The notes under the pieces are model-generated. The model was not told the origin of the DNA and searched no databases. It saw nothing but the letters and a program-made list of their open reading frames with translations. The translations under genes and the position numbers were made by a program. From positions 1,638 through 65,637 of the forward strand of contig CAZHMD010000013.1 of NCBI GenBank assembly GCA_964533735.1: DNA of 64,000 bases, given 5' to 3'. This document shows positions 36,331-46,281 of the stretch, in pieces. Position 1 is the stretch's first letter. Every line of letters begins with the position of its first letter. Source of the DNA: an uncultured Anaerolinea sp. (GTDB taxonomy: Bacteria > Chloroflexota > Anaerolineae > Anaerolineales > Anaerolineaceae).

Positions 36331-37245
36331 TTAAATTCCAGGGTTTTCGGTTACATTTTTTGTGGCACGGAGCAGGATTAGTTGCGCCCCCAGGATGGAT
36401 GCCATGATGATAACACATCCAAGAATTTGAATGGGATTCATGCGTTCGCCGATGATCAATGCGCCAAATAGGGCTGCAAAAACCGCCTCGAGGCTCAAAA
36501 GTAGGGCAGCATCAGCAGAAGGAGCGTGTTTTTGCCCTACCGCCTGCAGGGTGAAACCAAGAACCACTGATCCTAGCCCGGCATAAAGGATGGAGGGCAG
36601 TGAAATGAGGATATTTTGCAGGTCCGGAGGTGTGGTGAAGAATGAAGACACAAGATGAAGAATGCCGCAAAGTAGGAACTGACCCACTGAGAATGCGAAC
36701 ACATCCAGTTCTTTTACAGCCAGCCCAACAACAATAACGTGCATTGCCCAAACAAAAGACCCTGCCAGAACGATCAGATCACCTGTGGAAGGTTTTGGGC
36801 TGATACCGCCAGTGGAGAGCAGGTAAGTTCCACCCAACGCCGCCAGTGCTGCCAGCCAGATAATGGGTTTGGTCTTTACCTTCCAGAAAATTGCCAGCAG
36901 GAGTGGCACCAGTACGACATACACTCCGGTGATGAACCCGGCTGAGCCGGCAGAAGTGGTTTCGATGCCTGCCTGCTGCAGAGCGCTGCCGCCATACAAA
37001 AGAATGCCGGCGGGGATGATCCACAGGTATTTACGCGATATGGTTTTGAGACGGGGGAGAACGAACGGGAGCATGACAACTCCCGCCAGGATAAATCGTA
37101 CCGCGTTGAAACTGAAGAATCCCAGGTTTACGGATGCAGTGCGTTGGGCGACAAAACCACCTCCCCACACGATGGCGGCCAGGAATAAAAAAATATCAGA
37201 GCGCAGCCGTTGGCTGCGGGGTCGGGAGGGTGTTGGCATGCCCAT
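36331..37245 (-). CDS. DMT-superfamily (EamA) transporter
   Basis: 304 aa, about 10 TM segments, two EamA-like halves. Confidence 0.75.
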   Translation of the reverse strand: MGMPTPSRPRSQRLRSDIFLFLAAIVWGGGFVAQRTASVNLGFFSFNAVRFILAGVVMLPFVLPRLKTISRKYLWIIPAGILLYGGSALQQAGIETTSAGSAGFITGVYVVLVPLLLAIFWKVKTKPIIWLAALAALGGTYLLSTGGISPKPSTGDLIVLAGSFVWAMHVIVVGLAVKELDVFAFSVGQFLLCGILHLVSSFFTTPPDLQNILISLPSILYAGLGSVVLGFTLQAVGQKHAPSADAALLLSLEAVFAALFGALIIGERMNPIQILGCVIIMASILGAQLILLRATKNVTENPGI

Positions 37246-37277
37246 TGGGGGAGGCGAGATTACCGAGCCGGCCCGGC

Positions 37278-37565
37278 TTAGCGGTTATGTTTGAATTGTT
37301 TACTGCCCTGAGACATGCGCCACTGCCGAAGTATGGCAGCCAGGTCCATGCTGAAACGGGCTTTCTCCCAGTCACTGCTGAAACTTTCGGTAGCCAGGGC
37401 GGAAAGTTTTTCGTGGATCTCATTGGCGAGTTCTTCAGTAAGACCAAATTCCTGCAGCGAGTCCTGCCATTTTGTTTTCTCTTCGGGAGTAAAGGGAGCT
37501 TTCTCGATTAGTTTTAAAAGTTTTTGAGTTTGCGGTGTTTTCTTGGCAGACACGGGTACCTCCAT
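37278..37565 (-). CDS. hypothetical 95-aa protein
   Basis: An ORF with ordinary composition immediately upstream of the EamA gene. No recognisable motif and a weak SD. Confidence 0.35.
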   Translation of the reverse strand: MEVPVSAKKTPQTQKLLKLIEKAPFTPEEKTKWQDSLQEFGLTEELANEIHEKLSALATESFSSDWEKARFSMDLAAILRQWRMSQGSKQFKHNR

Positions 37566-37692
37566 GATAAGTTGCGCTGAGCAATACTACTCATCTTATT
37601 GTAACGGAGTTTTACCCGTTTTACGGTCCTCGGCGCAACTTTTAAAAAGTATTCCTCGTATGTAAGGTATCTAATCAATCAGGAGATTTGGT

Positions 37693-37893
37693 ATGGCAGA
37701 GACAAAGAAATTGTACCGCTCCACACTCGATAAAAAGATCGCCGGAATCTGCGGCGGTTTGGGTGAGTATCTGAATGTAGACCCGACCGTGATGCGTATT
37801 ATGTTCGTAGCTGGATTTTTCCTTACCGGCTCATTGATGTTCTGGGCATACCTGGTGATGTGGGTCGTTATCCCTGAACCCCCTGTTCAATAA
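37693..37893 (+). CDS. PspC-domain mini-protein
   Basis: LYRSTLDKKIAGICGGLGEYLNVDPTVMRIMFV plus one TM segment. GGAG SD upstream. Confidence 0.8.
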   Translation: MAETKKLYRSTLDKKIAGICGGLGEYLNVDPTVMRIMFVAGFFLTGSLMFWAYLVMWVVIPEPPVQ

Positions 37894-37904
37894 AGGAGAC
37901 AAAA

Positions 37905-38102
37905 ATGGAAGAATCACCGAAAAAGTTGTACCGTTCACGCGCTGACCGCCGTATTGGCGGAGTTTGCGGAGGATTGGCAAATTATTTCAACATAGACGCG
38001 ACTATGGTGCGGCTGTTGTTCCTGTTGGGACTGCTTTTCGTGGGGGGTACGTTTTTTGCGTACATCATCCTGATGATCGTAATCCCTGAGGAACCAGTTT
38101 AG
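37905..38102 (+). CDS. PspC-domain mini-protein (tandem paralogue)
   Basis: LYRSRADRRIGGVCGGLANYFNIDATMVRLLFL plus one TM segment. AAAGGAG SD upstream. Confidence 0.8.
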   Translation: MEESPKKLYRSRADRRIGGVCGGLANYFNIDATMVRLLFLLGLLFVGGTFFAYIILMIVIPEEPV

Positions 38103-38124
38103 GATGTAAATATGGGGGAAAAAC

Positions 38125-38157
38125 AAAACCGGAGTGCTTTTCACAGCCTCCGGTTTT
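38125..38157. terminator. bidirectional terminator between convergent genes
   Basis: AAAACCGGAG-13 nt-CTCCGGTTTT. Confidence 0.75.
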
Positions 38158-38160
38158 TGT

Positions 38161-39387
38161 TTACTCGTAGCGCAGCGCCTCAACGGGTTCAAGGTTGGCT
38201 GCGCGGTTAGCCGGGTAGATGCCGAAGAACAAGCCTACCGCTGTGGAAAATAGCGTTGCCAATAACACGGCTTCAAGGCCGACTTTGGGATAAAAGGGTG
38301 TTCCGCTGGCAGCAGCAATCTTGCCGACCACGAAGGCGATCAACCAGCCAAGGCCAATGCCTACAACTCCGCCAAAGAGGCTGAGCAGGGAAGATTCCGT
38401 GAGGAACTGGATGAGGATGTCTTTTTTGCGTGCACCCAGGGCTTTACGCAGACCGATCTCACGGGTGCGCTCGGTAACGGACACGAGCATGATATTCATA
38501 ATGCCGATACCCCCAACGAGCAGGGAGATGCCGGCAATTCCGCCCAGGAAGATGGTCAGTACGCCGGTGATGGTTTTGGCAGTGCTCACAAAATCCTGTT
38601 GGGAGAAGATGGTGAAATCATCTTCACCGATCTTGGTGCGGTGACGATTACGCAGGATCTGAGAGATCTCTTCTGTGGCTTGCGCCATCTGGTCCGCGCT
38701 GAGGACGCTCACCAGGATGAGATCCACGCGGTTGAAACTCCGCCGGGTGATGCGTGCCTGCGCAGTGGAGAACGGCACCATGACTACATTGTCCTGTGAC
38801 CCGAAAGCCGATCCGCCTTTGGATTCCAGAATACCCGTAATGCGGAAAGGCTGCCCTTCGATGCGCACAGTCTCGCCAACCAACCCTTCGCGGCGGTCAA
38901 ACAACTCATCGGCAACATCCGGTCCGATCAGTACCACTGAGGCCTGACCCAAATACTGATCCTCGGTGATAAATTCGCCCTCTGTAACTGCATAATTACG
39001 GGCGTCGGCATACGCCGGGGTAACACCAGATAACGCGGTTGACACTGATTTGCCGGCATAGGTGATCTTGACGTCGTCATTTACAACCGGCGCAACCTTG
39101 TCTACTGAGGGAGCCTGGAATTGATCGAGCATGGCTTCAGCGTCCTCAAGAGTTAATGGAGCCACCCGCGATACTTCAGTGGTCTGGTTGCCGCGAAAAA
39201 CAAACAAAAGGTTGCTGCCAATACCACTGATGGAACCGGTGATGGTATCCTGTGCTCCTGTACCCACTGCCAGCATGGCAATTACCGCTCCCACGCCGAT
39301 GACGATACCGAGGATGGTGAGGATAGAGCGCAGTTTGTTGGCTGCAAGGCTTTCAAGTGCTTCCAGGATGGCTTGACCGAGGTTCAT
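38161..39387 (-). CDS. ABC efflux permease, MacB/FtsX-like
   Basis: 408 aa. N-terminal TM segment, a large periplasmic domain, and a C-terminal FtsX-type 3-TM bundle (..[19 protein letters not shown]..). Confidence 0.85.
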   Translation of the reverse strand: MNLGQAILEALESLAANKLRSILTILGIVIGVGAVIAMLAVGTGAQDTITGSISGIGSNLLFVFRGNQTTEVSRVAPLTLEDAEAMLDQFQAPSVDKVAPVVNDDVKITYAGKSVSTALSGVTPAYADARNYAVTEGEFITEDQYLGQASVVLIGPDVADELFDRREGLVGETVRIEGQPFRITGILESKGGSAFGSQDNVVMVPFSTAQARITRRSFNRVDLILVSVLSADQMAQATEEISQILRNRHRTKIGEDDFTIFSQQDFVSTAKTITGVLTIFLGGIAGISLLVGGIGIMNIMLVSVTERTREIGLRKALGARKKDILIQFLTESSLLSLFGGVVGIGLGWLIAFVVGKIAAASGTPFYPKVGLEAVLLATLFSTAVGLFFGIYPANRAANLEPVEALRYE

Positions 39388-40070
39388 TGGCTATCCTCCT
39401 CGATCAGACCGTCGCGCAGGCGGATGATGCGCCGGGAGTGCTTGGCAATTGCGGGATCGTGGGTCACAATGATCAGCGTTGTGCCGCGCTGCTTATTGAG
39501 ATTCAACAACAGTTCCAATATTTCCTTGCCCGATTTGGAATCCAGGTTGCCGGTGGGTTCATCAGCCATGAGGATGGCGGGTTCATTCACCAGGGCACGG
39601 GCTACCGCCACGCGCTGCTGCTGCCCGCCGGAGAGTTCGGTTGGACGGTGGTGAATACGGTCGAATAAGCCAACCGATTCGAGGGCGTCTGTGGCAATGT
39701 TGACGCGGTCTTTCTTGATCAGGCCAGCGTAGCGCATTGGAAGTTCAACATTCGAAAGAGCAGAAGCGCGCGGTAAAAGGTTGAAACTCTGAAAGACAAA
39801 ACCCACCTTGCGGTTGCGAATGCTGGCAAGCTGGTCGTCATCCAGATCCTGCACGAGTTCACCATCCAGCGAATAGCTGCCGCTTGTCGGTCGGTCCAGG
39901 CAGCCAAGCAGATTCATCAGGGTGGACTTGCCCGAACCGGATGGTCCCATAATGGCAACCACATCCCCACGCTCTATGTTAAATGTAACACCGTCAAGCG
40001 CACGGACTTCCACCTGCCCCATCTGGTAGATTTTTCGTAGATCCTTGGTTTCAATAACGAAATCTGGCAT
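39384..40070 (-). CDS. ABC transporter ATP-binding protein (MacB/LolD-type)
   Basis: Walker [10 protein letters not shown], signature [10 protein letters not shown] and Walker B ILMADEPT. Start set to MPDFVIE (ATG 40070), 7 nt after the adaptor gene's stop. Confidence 0.9.
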   Translation of the reverse strand: MPDFVIETKDLRKIYQMGQVEVRALDGVTFNIERGDVVAIMGPSGSGKSTLMNLLGCLDRPTSGSYSLDGELVQDLDDDQLASIRNRKVGFVFQSFNLLPRASALSNVELPMRYAGLIKKDRVNIATDALESVGLFDRIHHRPTELSGGQQQRVAVARALVNEPAILMADEPTGNLDSKSGKEILELLLNLNKQRGTTLIIVTHDPAIAKHSRRIIRLRDGLIEEDSQ

Positions 40071-40077
40071 CGTTTTC

Positions 40078-41490
40078 CTAGAAGGGAGGTCTGCCGCTGG
40101 AGAAGGCGGAAAAGTCAATCGTCGGGTTGAGAATGATCACATCACCCTCTTTTACATCACCAGAAACATACTCGCTCATCGTGTCTGAAGAAGCCCCGAT
40201 TTCAACTTCAACGGCGGTTTGGATGCCGTTTTTCATCAGGTAAATAACGCGTTTTCCATCCACCAGGCGCACCGCGCGGTTGGGGATGAGAAGAATATCC
40301 TTGAGATTACTGATAACGATATTCACCGCGGCGGTCATGCCGGGGAGAACCTGTTCGTCCGCGTCGAGGATCTCAATGGTTACCTCAAAATTCACCACTC
40401 CCGCAGTGCTGGTTCCCACAAGCGCCACCTCAACCACCTTGCCGGTGTAAGACCGGCTGGAAATGGCGTCAAACGTCAGGTCCACTGCCTGACCAACCTT
40501 GATGCTGTTAATGTCGACCTCCGGAACCATTACGTCCACCAGCATGCGCGAGAGGTCATCAATGCGGAAGGCAACACCACCAGCGTTTACCTGGTCACCA
40601 GGTAAATTTTTCACTTCTGTAACAGTACCGTCAAATGGGACAGTAAGCCTGGACATATCGATTGTGGCTTGAATGGAGTTAATGCGTGCCTGGGCGGCAG
40701 CAATGTCATCAGGGTCGGTGCCATTTTTCAAGCGATCCCATTCACGCTGAGCATCATCCAGCTGGGCTTTGGCCAAGGCAATTTTGCCTTCGGAGATCGA
40801 GACTTCCTGGGTATTTGGGGATTGCGTGTAGTAATTAAGCGTTTTCTGGGCTGTCTGGAGAGCGATTTTGGCGTTGGCAAGGTTGCTCAATGCGCCAGCC
40901 TTCAACGGGTCAGAATCCGGACTCTCAGAGAAGCGGTTGTAATATTCCTGGGCTTTATCCACTTTGTCGTGCGCCAGGGTAACGGCGGCGCTGGCAGCGT
41001 CCACCTGATCCGGGTTGACCACCCGCGTGGTGTTGGAAGCCTGTCTATTCCAGAGGGCGTTGTTATATGCCTGCTGGGCGTTGGCAAGGTTAAGCTGCGC
41101 CTGTGCCTGGTTGGCACTTGAATTTACCAGGTTTTCGAGACTGCGCTGGGCATTCACCAGTTCGGCTTTTGCCAGGATCACGCTCTGGGGGAGTGAGGTC
41201 TCTGCCAGTTCAGCCAGGGTTTGGCCCGCTGCCACAGTGTCTCCAGCAGCCACGTTGATGGCTGCAACCCGTCCGCTGGTCTGCCAGTTCAGGGTGGTTG
41301 TCTGATTGGCGTGCACGGAGCCGGTGGCTCCCACAATGGCCAGCAAATTCCCTTTTTCAAGTGTTTGTGTCTGAACACTGGCGCTGGCTGCGTTTTGCTT
41401 GTTTATCCTGGTGATCACAATTATTGCCGCGACTGCTAACACCACAAGGATCCCAATGATCCATACGACCTTACGTGATGACTTCTTCAT
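40078..41490 (-). CDS. periplasmic adaptor (HlyD/MacA-like membrane fusion protein)
   Basis: N-terminal TM anchor, a long coiled-coil (Ala/Gln/Asn-rich) hairpin, and lipoyl and beta-barrel segments. Confidence 0.8.
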   Translation of the reverse strand: MKKSSRKVVWIIGILVVLAVAAIIVITRINKQNAASASVQTQTLEKGNLLAIVGATGSVHANQTTTLNWQTSGRVAAINVAAGDTVAAGQTLAELAETSLPQSVILAKAELVNAQRSLENLVNSSANQAQAQLNLANAQQAYNNALWNRQASNTTRVVNPDQVDAASAAVTLAHDKVDKAQEYYNRFSESPDSDPLKAGALSNLANAKIALQTAQKTLNYYTQSPNTQEVSISEGKIALAKAQLDDAQREWDRLKNGTDPDDIAAAQARINSIQATIDMSRLTVPFDGTVTEVKNLPGDQVNAGGVAFRIDDLSRMLVDVMVPEVDINSIKVGQAVDLTFDAISSRSYTGKVVEVALVGTSTAGVVNFEVTIEILDADEQVLPGMTAAVNIVISNLKDILLIPNRAVRLVDGKRVIYLMKNGIQTAVEVEIGASSDTMSEYVSGDVKEGDVIILNPTIDFSAFSSGRPPF

Positions 41491-41567
41491 TTTTCCATCC
41501 CAGTTCTATATTTAATTACCCAAAATTATCATAATGCATCCGGTATAATCGCAGGTAAGAATAATGT

Positions 41568-42812
41568 ATGAATCGTATTAGAAAGATATTCTGGTTACTG
41601 GTATTCTTATGTGCTGTGATGATCGCTCTCACCGAATCGGCGGTTGTGATCTCAACGCCGAAGGATCAGGCACGTCAGTTAACCCGGAAACTCGAGTTTG
41701 ATTATATCGCATGGACACTAAAAGCAGTTGAAGTTAAAGCTGCAGAAGCGGGAATTGGCGTTACTCAACGGTTAACTGCGGCAAAGCAGCACCAGGTGGT
41801 CGTAAGATATTTTGACCTGGTCGAACAACTCGAAACTGTCCAGGGACAGGTCCAGCAAATCTACTCGGACCCATCTGTTGACAATCCGCGTGAGGCAGCC
41901 GCTGAAAAACTTGCCCTGCAGGAGGAGTTGCAGTCAACGCTCGCCAGACTGGATCCGATCGTTGAAGCCATCCTGCAGCAGCAGGTCGCTGAAACCCTGA
42001 TCACGATGGGGATCCCCAGGTTTGGCGAAGTCCTGCCGCCAGTTCTGTTCCACACCTCCGCCACACCACGCTCGTTAATAACATCACCGCGGGGGAAGAT
42101 CGTGCAGGAGGTCAGCATCTCCCTGATGGCGGATATGACCCTGGAAGAAATGAGCCGGCTGGAAGAAAACGTGGAGGACAAAACCGGGCAATCTGCCCTG
42201 GTGGTGGGTACCGGTGGCATTGGTGTTTACCCGACCATGATCATGCGCACCTCCAGCTTCGACTGGGTGGTCAATACCATTGCCCACGAATGGACGCACA
42301 ATTACCTCACCATGCGGGTGCTTGGATTGAACTATGAAACCACCCCGGAATTAAGGACAATGAATGAAACCACTGCCTCAATTGCCGGGAACGAGATCGG
42401 GCAGGCGGTGATACGCTTGTACTATCCAGAATTGGCTTCCATTAGGAACCAGGCAGGTAAAAAATCCGCACCCATCGAGGATGATGCTTTTAATTTCAAT
42501 GCGGAAATGCACCTGACGCGCATCCGGGTGGATAAATTACTGGAAGAGGGGCGTATAGATGAAGCAGAAAAGTATATGGAGCAGCGCCGCCAGGTTTTTG
42601 TGGATCACGGGTACCTCATCCGTAAGTTGAACCAGGCATATTTTGCCTTTTACGGCGCGTACGCCGACAGCCCGGTGAGCGCTGCCGGTGAAGACCCAGT
42701 GGGGGAGGCTGTGAGGGATTTTCGAGCGCAAAGTTCAACCCTGGCAGAATTCCTGCGCGCGATAGGCAAGATGAACAGCTATGAAGACCTGCTCAAAGCT
42801 GTAGGGAAATAG
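41568..42812 (+). CDS. membrane-anchored putative zinc metalloprotease (HExxH), otherwise uncharacterised
   Basis: N-terminal TM segment and the motif IAHEWTHNYL. I recognise no other family signature. Confidence 0.45.
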   Translation: MNRIRKIFWLLVFLCAVMIALTESAVVISTPKDQARQLTRKLEFDYIAWTLKAVEVKAAEAGIGVTQRLTAAKQHQVVVRYFDLVEQLETVQGQVQQIYSDPSVDNPREAAAEKLALQEELQSTLARLDPIVEAILQQQVAETLITMGIPRFGEVLPPVLFHTSATPRSLITSPRGKIVQEVSISLMADMTLEEMSRLEENVEDKTGQSALVVGTGGIGVYPTMIMRTSSFDWVVNTIAHEWTHNYLTMRVLGLNYETTPELRTMNETTASIAGNEIGQAVIRLYYPELASIRNQAGKKSAPIEDDAFNFNAEMHLTRIRVDKLLEEGRIDEAEKYMEQRRQVFVDHGYLIRKLNQAYFAFYGAYADSPVSAAGEDPVGEAVRDFRAQSSTLAEFLRAIGKMNSYEDLLKAVGK

Positions 42813-42834
42813 ATTCTACATCGTCGATTACAGG

Positions 42835-43215
42835 TTAATCATCCACTCCCGGAGCTGAGGCCAGGTCCGGCAGGTCTTTCTCGATCTCTTCGGGGCTTTG
42901 ACCCTTTTCGAGGCGGTCAACCACCTCGTCAAATTCACCGGGAAGGTCGTCTGCGCCGACCTGCTCGCGCATGTCGCGCATCATCCTGCCAAGACGGCGG
43001 GGGTCATCCTCGAGGGCTGCCATATTCTCCGGATCAGCCATTTCTTCCAGGCGCGAAATGTCGTTGGTTGCCACCCTCACCGCCCGGATGATACGCTGCA
43101 CATTTTTGGAACCGCAGTGCGGACACAGGGGAGAATATCCATCGTACTCAGCGTAGGTGAGATAGTGGTCGTACCTTTTACGGCAATCCTGGCAGCGGAA
43201 ATCATAAACGGGCAT
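42835..43215 (-). CDS. FmdB-family zinc-ribbon protein
   Basis: MPVYDFRCQDCRKRY...CPHCGS (CxxC...CxxC) with an acidic C-terminal tail. Confidence 0.8.
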   Translation of the reverse strand: MPVYDFRCQDCRKRYDHYLTYAEYDGYSPLCPHCGSKNVQRIIRAVRVATNDISRLEEMADPENMAALEDDPRRLGRMMRDMREQVGADDLPGEFDEVVDRLEKGQSPEEIEKDLPDLASAPGVDD

Positions 43216-43291
43216 CGGAACCTCAGGCGAAAAAGATAATATCCATTATAATCTTCTCATTACATCAATTTGAACCGGAAAATGGTGGTTA

Positions 43292-43915
43292 ATGCCGAAA
43301 GAAGAGTTGTCATTTGATCTTTATCACCCCCAACCACTGCTGATCGTGCTTTCGGGCACATCAGGGGTGGGCAAGGACGCAGTCCTCAAGGGGATGCGCC
43401 GCAGGGACCTGCCGCTGCATTATGTAGTGACCGCCACCAGCCGGCCTCCGCGCCAGAACGAAGTGGACGGCAAGGATTATTTTTTTTACTCCAAAAAAGA
43501 ATTCAAGCAGCGCATTGACAACGGTGAATTCGCAGAATATGCCCTGGTCTATGATGACTATAAAGGCATTCCGCGCTGGCAGATCGATGAAGCTCTTTTG
43601 AGCGGCCGGGATGTGGTCATCAAGGTGGATGTGCAGGGAGCAGAAACTCTGCGCAACCTCTACAAGGAAGCAGTTTTGATCTTCCTGCTCCCAAAGACAA
43701 AAGAGGAATGGTGCGGAAGGTTGATGGCGCGCAATACGGAAACACCCGAAAACCTCAAGGTACGCATCGAGACAGCTAAAAAAGAATTAACTCAAATCGG
43801 GATGTTCGATTATATAGTGATCAATGCTGATGACCTGCTCGAGAAGGCTGTTGATGACATCATCGATATTATCAAAGTGGAACACCACCGCGTTCAACAC
43901 AGGAAAATCATTTAA
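43292..43915 (+). CDS. gmk: guanylate kinase
   Basis: P-loop SGTSGVGKDAV and TSRPPRQNEVDGKDYFF. Confidence 0.9.
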   Translation: MPKEELSFDLYHPQPLLIVLSGTSGVGKDAVLKGMRRRDLPLHYVVTATSRPPRQNEVDGKDYFFYSKKEFKQRIDNGEFAEYALVYDDYKGIPRWQIDEALLSGRDVVIKVDVQGAETLRNLYKEAVLIFLLPKTKEEWCGRLMARNTETPENLKVRIETAKKELTQIGMFDYIVINADDLLEKAVDDIIDIIKVEHHRVQHRKII

Positions 43916-44695
43916 ATGTCAGATCAAAATTCATCCGTTAATCCACCGGCGGCAGAAAATCCAACTCGTGTCCCGGTGAGGTTCGGTACTGCGGCGGCAA
44001 AACCCACGGTAACCTATATCATCATCGGGTTAACCATTCTAGTTTTTGCGTTGCAGTACCTTTCTCAATACTTGAGCCCGAGTGCCTATGACTGGCCTTA
44101 CCTGCTGGGTGCCAAGGTCAACGAGCTGATCCTGGCGGGGCAGGTGTGGCGGTTTTTCACCCCCATGCTGCTGCACGGCAGTATCATGCACATCGGTTTC
44201 AATATGTATGCGCTGTATGTCATTGGCTCCTCGCTGGAGCGGCATTATGGGCACTGGCGTTTCCTTCTCCTCTATCTCATCGGGGGGTTCACCGGCAACG
44301 TGCTTTCCTTTATGCTTTCTGCAAATCCATCCATTGGTGCATCCACCGCGGTATTTGGCCTGGTGGCAGCCGAGGCTGTATTCATTTATAAAAACCGCAA
44401 ATTGTTTGGTTCACGCGCGCGTGGAATGCTGATGAACCTGGGCCTGGTCATCCTTGTTAACCTGGTTTTGGGGTTATCCCCCGGCATCGATAACTGGGGT
44501 CACCTCGGCGGATTGGCAGGCGGATTAATCTTTGCCTGGGTGGCGGGTCCGTTGTATACCATGGCTATTGCCACTGATGCCACAACAGGCTATTCGCTCA
44601 TGGATGCCCACGGCGCAAAAGAGGTGTTGTGGGGGGCAATGCTTTCCGGCGGATTATTCCTGGCAGTGGTCATCGGAAGATTCCTGGCGGGATAA
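43916..44695 (+). CDS. rhomboid family intramembrane serine protease
   Basis: WRFFTPMLLHGSIMHIGFNM, GASTAVFG (catalytic Ser) and HLGGLAGG (catalytic His). Its start abuts the gmk stop. Confidence 0.9.
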   Translation: MSDQNSSVNPPAAENPTRVPVRFGTAAAKPTVTYIIIGLTILVFALQYLSQYLSPSAYDWPYLLGAKVNELILAGQVWRFFTPMLLHGSIMHIGFNMYALYVIGSSLERHYGHWRFLLLYLIGGFTGNVLSFMLSANPSIGASTAVFGLVAAEAVFIYKNRKLFGSRARGMLMNLGLVILVNLVLGLSPGIDNWGHLGGLAGGLIFAWVAGPLYTMAIATDATTGYSLMDAHGAKEVLWGAMLSGGLFLAVVIGRFLAG

Positions 44696-44700
44696 AAATA

Positions 44701-44725
44701 ACACGGAGAATGATCTCCGTGTTTT
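44701..44725. terminator. bidirectional terminator
   Basis: ACACGGAGA-atga-TCTCCGTGT followed by TTT, with an A-run before it. Confidence 0.75.
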
Positions 44726-44729
44726 ATTC

Positions 44730-45461
44730 TCAGGCTACCGTTTCGCCGCCCAGGTAGGCGTTGATCACCATGGGGTTATGCACCAGTTCACTGGCGGCAC
44801 CGCTTAACACTACCTTCCCGGTATCCAAAACGTATCCCCGGTTGGCAATCGAAAGTGCCATTAAAGCATTTTGCTCAACCAGTAGAATACTCGTACCGTT
44901 CTTATTGATCTCACGGATGATATCAAAGATACTTTCCAATAAAATTGGAGAAAGACCCATCGATGGCTCATCCAGGAGAAGCAAGCGCGGATGAGCCATG
45001 AGTGCCCGGGCGATGGCTAACATTTGTTGTTCTCCGCCAGACAATGTGCCCGCAAGCTGCCTGGAGCGTTCCTTCAAACGGGGAAAAAGGGTGAACATCT
45101 TTTCGTAATCTTCGCGGATCGTTTTCTGGTCGCCCCGACTGAATGCCCCCATTGCCAGGTTTTCCTTGACACTCAAGCGGGAAAACACATGCCGGCCTTC
45201 CGGCACCAGCGCAATTCCGAGCTTTACGATCTCGTGAGGAGGAACCTTTGAAAGATCTTCTCCCGAAAAGAGGATTTTCCCTGACGACGCCTTTTGCAGC
45301 CCACAAATTGATTTTAAGGTGGTGGTCTTCCCCGCGCCGTTCGCGCCGATCAGGCAGACGATTTCTCCGGACTCGACGCTGAGCGAGACCCCGTCGATGG
45401 CGCGAATCTTTCCGTAATATGTTTGAATATTTTCCACAATCAATAAAGTCATGAGTGCCAT
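44730..45461 (-). CDS. livF: branched-chain amino acid ABC transporter ATP-binding protein
   Basis: GANGAGKTT, LSGGEQQMLAIARAL and LLLLDEPS. Last gene of a liv-type operon. Confidence 0.85.
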   Translation of the reverse strand: MALMTLLIVENIQTYYGKIRAIDGVSLSVESGEIVCLIGANGAGKTTTLKSICGLQKASSGKILFSGEDLSKVPPHEIVKLGIALVPEGRHVFSRLSVKENLAMGAFSRGDQKTIREDYEKMFTLFPRLKERSRQLAGTLSGGEQQMLAIARALMAHPRLLLLDEPSMGLSPILLESIFDIIREINKNGTSILLVEQNALMALSIANRGYVLDTGKVVLSGAASELVHNPMVINAYLGGETVA

Positions 45462-45501
45462 CCAACCGGGAGTATTTTAATGGGCAGGTCTATTGAATTT
45501 G

Positions 45502-46281
45502 TCATTTTCGAAAAGTGGTGCTCCCGAGGTAAGCTTTGATCACCCGCGGATCTTTTTGAACCTGGTCTGGTCTGCCTTCGGATATCTTTTGTCCAAAATC
45601 CAGCACGGTCACCTGCTCACTGATGCTCATGATCAGGGACATGTCGTGTTCAATGATCAGGATCGTCAGACTGAGGCTGTCCCGCAGCTGGCGAATCAGT
45701 TGAGCCAGGTCGCGCGTTTCAGTCGGGTTCATTCCCGCGGAGGGTTCATCCAGCAGGAGTAACTTGGGCTGGCAGGCGATAGCCCGGCCAATCTCCAGAC
45801 GACGCTGCGCGCCGTACGGCAGATTGCGCGCAAGCTGGTCGCCCAACCCGGAAAGGCCGATAATCTTCTGGATCTTGCCTGCCTGGATGAGTGCTGAACG
45901 GTTTTCTCTAAAGTATCGCCGCGTGTGCATCATCGTGTCGAAAAGATTGGTTTTCAGACGGATATGCTGTCCGCCGAGGATGTTCTCCAGTACGGTGAGG
46001 CTGGCATAAGTGCGGATGTTCTGGTAAGTCCTGCCAACGCCGCGTTCAGCGATCTTATGCGAGGGCAATCCGGCAATATTATCCCCATCCAGCAGGATCT
46101 CTCCTGCATCTGGTTTATAAAATCCGGTCACGCAGTTAAAGCACGTTGTCTTACCGGCTCCGTTGGGACCGATTAGGCTGCAGATGGAACCGGTCGGGAC
46201 ATTGAAGGAAAGATCATCCACGGCTTTGATCCCGCCAAAGTTGATCGTGAGATTCCTGATTGACAGCAGCGCGTCGGTCAT
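45502..46281 (-). CDS. livG: branched-chain amino acid ABC transporter ATP-binding protein
   Basis: GPNGAGKTT, LPYGAQRRLEIGRA, LLLLDEPSAGMN and the LivG-type C-terminal extension. Confidence 0.85.
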   Translation of the reverse strand: MTDALLSIRNLTINFGGIKAVDDLSFNVPTGSICSLIGPNGAGKTTCFNCVTGFYKPDAGEILLDGDNIAGLPSHKIAERGVGRTYQNIRTYASLTVLENILGGQHIRLKTNLFDTMMHTRRYFRENRSALIQAGKIQKIIGLSGLGDQLARNLPYGAQRRLEIGRAIACQPKLLLLDEPSAGMNPTETRDLAQLIRQLRDSLSLTILIIEHDMSLIMSISEQVTVLDFGQKISEGRPDQVQKDPRVIKAYLGSTTFRK

